Shown: positions 62,238 through 64,000 of the stretch, piece by piece
How the letters are laid out: the number at the start of each line of letters is the position of its first letter
How positions within the stretch are numbered: position 1 is the stretch's first letter
NCBI GenBank assembly: GCA_965113315.1
Contig: OZ220367.1
Source: Podarcis vaucheri
Taxonomy: Eukaryota
DNA length: 64,000 bases
Reading direction: 5' to 3' (one strand)
Notes under the pieces: generated by a model
Seen by the model: only the letters and a program-made list of their open reading frames with translations
What the model was told of the DNA's origin: nothing
Databases searched by the model: none
Program-made: the position numbers and the translations under genes

Positions 62238-63296
62238 TGCAGGGCTCGATTCTATCCCCTATGTTGTTTAAGATCTACATGAAACTGCTGGGGTTATCCG
62301 GAGGTTCGGAGTGCATTGTCAGCAGCATGCTGATGATACTCAGCTCTATTTCTCCTTTACATCTGCAGGTGAGGCAGTGGAAATGCTGGACCAGTGTCTT
62401 GCCTCGGTAATGGACTAGATGAGAGCCAACAAACTGAAGCTCAATCCAGATAAGACTGAGGCACTGTTAGTGGGTCGTTCTTCAGATCAGATGGCTGGGA
62501 GGTCACCTGCTCTTGATGGCTGCCCCTGAAGGAGCAGGTTCATACTTTGGGGGTACTCCTGGATCCTTTGCTGTTCCTTGAGGCTCAGGTGGCCTCAGTG
62601 GCCCAGAGTGCCTTCCATCAGCTTTGGCTGGTGGCCCAGCTACACCCCTATCTGGACAGGGATAGCCTAACTACTGTTGTCTATGCTCTGGTAACCTCAA
62701 GGTTAGATTACTGCAATGCGTAGGACTGCCTCTGAAAACAGTTCGGAAACTTAAGCTGGTGCAGAATTCAGTGGCCAGGTTGCTTCCTGGAGCAAGACGG
62801 TTTGAGTATATTACACCAATCCTGGTCCATCTGCACTGGCTACCAGTTAGTTTCCAGGCCCAATTCAAAGTGCTGGTTTTGACCCATAAAGCCTTAAATG
62901 GCTCAGGACCGCAATACCTCAAGGACCGCCTCTTTCCATACGAACCTACCCAGACCCTGAGATCTTCTGAAGCCCTTCTTCATGTGCCTCCTCGAGAGGT
63001 CAGGATGGTGGCAACACGAGAACTGGCCTTCTCTGCAGTGGCTCCCCGTCTGTGGAATGCTCTCCCCAGGGATGTTCGCCTTGCGCCTTCACTATATACC
63101 TTTAGGCGCCAGGCAAAGATGTTCCTTTTTAACCAGCCCTTTGCCTAACCTGATCTACATCCTATACCCTTTTTAAAATGCTGGCTCTTTTTAGGGGTTT
63201 TTTATTGGGTTGTTGTTTGTATTTTGATTTTATGTATATGATCCAACTGCCCTGAGACCTTCAGGTATAGGGCAGTATAGAAATAAAATAAATAAT
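62238..63296 (+). mobile_element. L2 LINE, 5'-truncated (RT and C-terminal part, frameshifted)
   Basis: QGSILSPMLF and ADDTQLYF RT motifs, C-terminal LHWLPVSFQAQFKVLVLT...AFSAVAPRLWNALP, 3' UTR with (AAAT)n tail. Confidence 0.93.
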
Positions 63297-64000
63297 CACA
63301 CACACACATACACACACATATATATCCGTGTTCAAATGTTTGTCCAGGTCATTTCATCTCCAGACCCTGCTCTGTTGATCTGATCTCCATCTATTTGATA
63401 TCTATCATATAAAATACCTCTTTTCTCTTACAGTCTTTAAAAACTTATTTTAACTTTTTATCCTTCACAAAGTCTCATCAGGACCAGAATAGTATCAACA
63501 GCACACTTTGCTGATAGTTCACCCCTGTTACTTCTACTGTTAAATCCATCACTATATTTGCTTCCTCTCTGCTTCAGTTCATAATCCATCTTTATAAGTT
63601 CTTGTTGACAGTGTAACGCATTATTCATGCTAACTCTTAATGTTAAATAGCCCAGGTGTTAAAGAAGCAAAAGTTGTCAAAACTATTACAACAAGAAAAA
63701 AAATGGTCCAGTACTATACTGTATTACATCTATCTTAGAAAGGCGTGTGGTGATTTGGAATACTGCAGATAAAAGGGTTTGTTCCCCCCCTCAAATGGAC
63801 AAGGAACTGGATCAAAGTTGACAACACCTTAGCTGGAGTTCAGCTTTCTTTGCCAAGGTTTTCTAAGGACTTGAAAGCAAGGATGTGGCTATAGACCTGC
63901 TTGTGGCCACACCAGGCCTTACTGGAGTCAGACTCAGTGTTTGTATACAGTATTTGAAGGGTAATAGAGTTAAATGCTGCCCTCAGAAACCACAGTAATT

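Larger units (their letters stand above)
1..64000 (+). other. VTI1A: Window lies within the VTI1A transcription unit (long introns around exons 4-5)
   Basis: Single internal exon with no start, stop or promoter. The preceding exon (...MGKLETDF) and later exons (EQIGQEMLE...) were not seen, consistent with the very long introns 3 and 5 known for vertebrate VTI1A. The extent is inferred. Confidence 0.8.

Noticed and set aside
62759-63148. 129-aa ORF as a functional gene
   Set aside because: It is the C-terminal remnant of a frameshifted, 5'-truncated L2.

Overview
This is AT-rich vertebrate genomic DNA, almost certainly from a squamate and probably a lacertid lizard, judging by the repeat content (Squam3-type SINEs, Bov-B, squamate L2/CR1, Tc1/mariner and hAT MITEs, a Penelope-type relic). 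The window appears to lie inside the large gene VTI1A (Qb-SNARE, + strand; neighbour of TCF7L2 in vertebrates). One complete coding exon is readable at 19555-19632 (KRSRIAYSDEVRNELLGDDGNSSEIQ) and is missed by the ORF track. The next coding exon (RAHLLDNTERLE...) and the neural 7-aa micro-exon are not in the readable sequence. They probably sit inside two of six short N-runs that look like masked conserved sequence rather than ordinary gaps. The rest is intron: transposon relics, microsatellites and candidate conserved enhancers. The most notable structure is a TSD-flanked, ~92-bp-arm fold-back Penelope-type element carrying two minimal hammerhead ribozymes, one per strand (56156-56386). The other listed ORFs are TE fragments or spurious. 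No prokaryotic systems are present, and I cannot claim a wholly new biological system from sequence alone.
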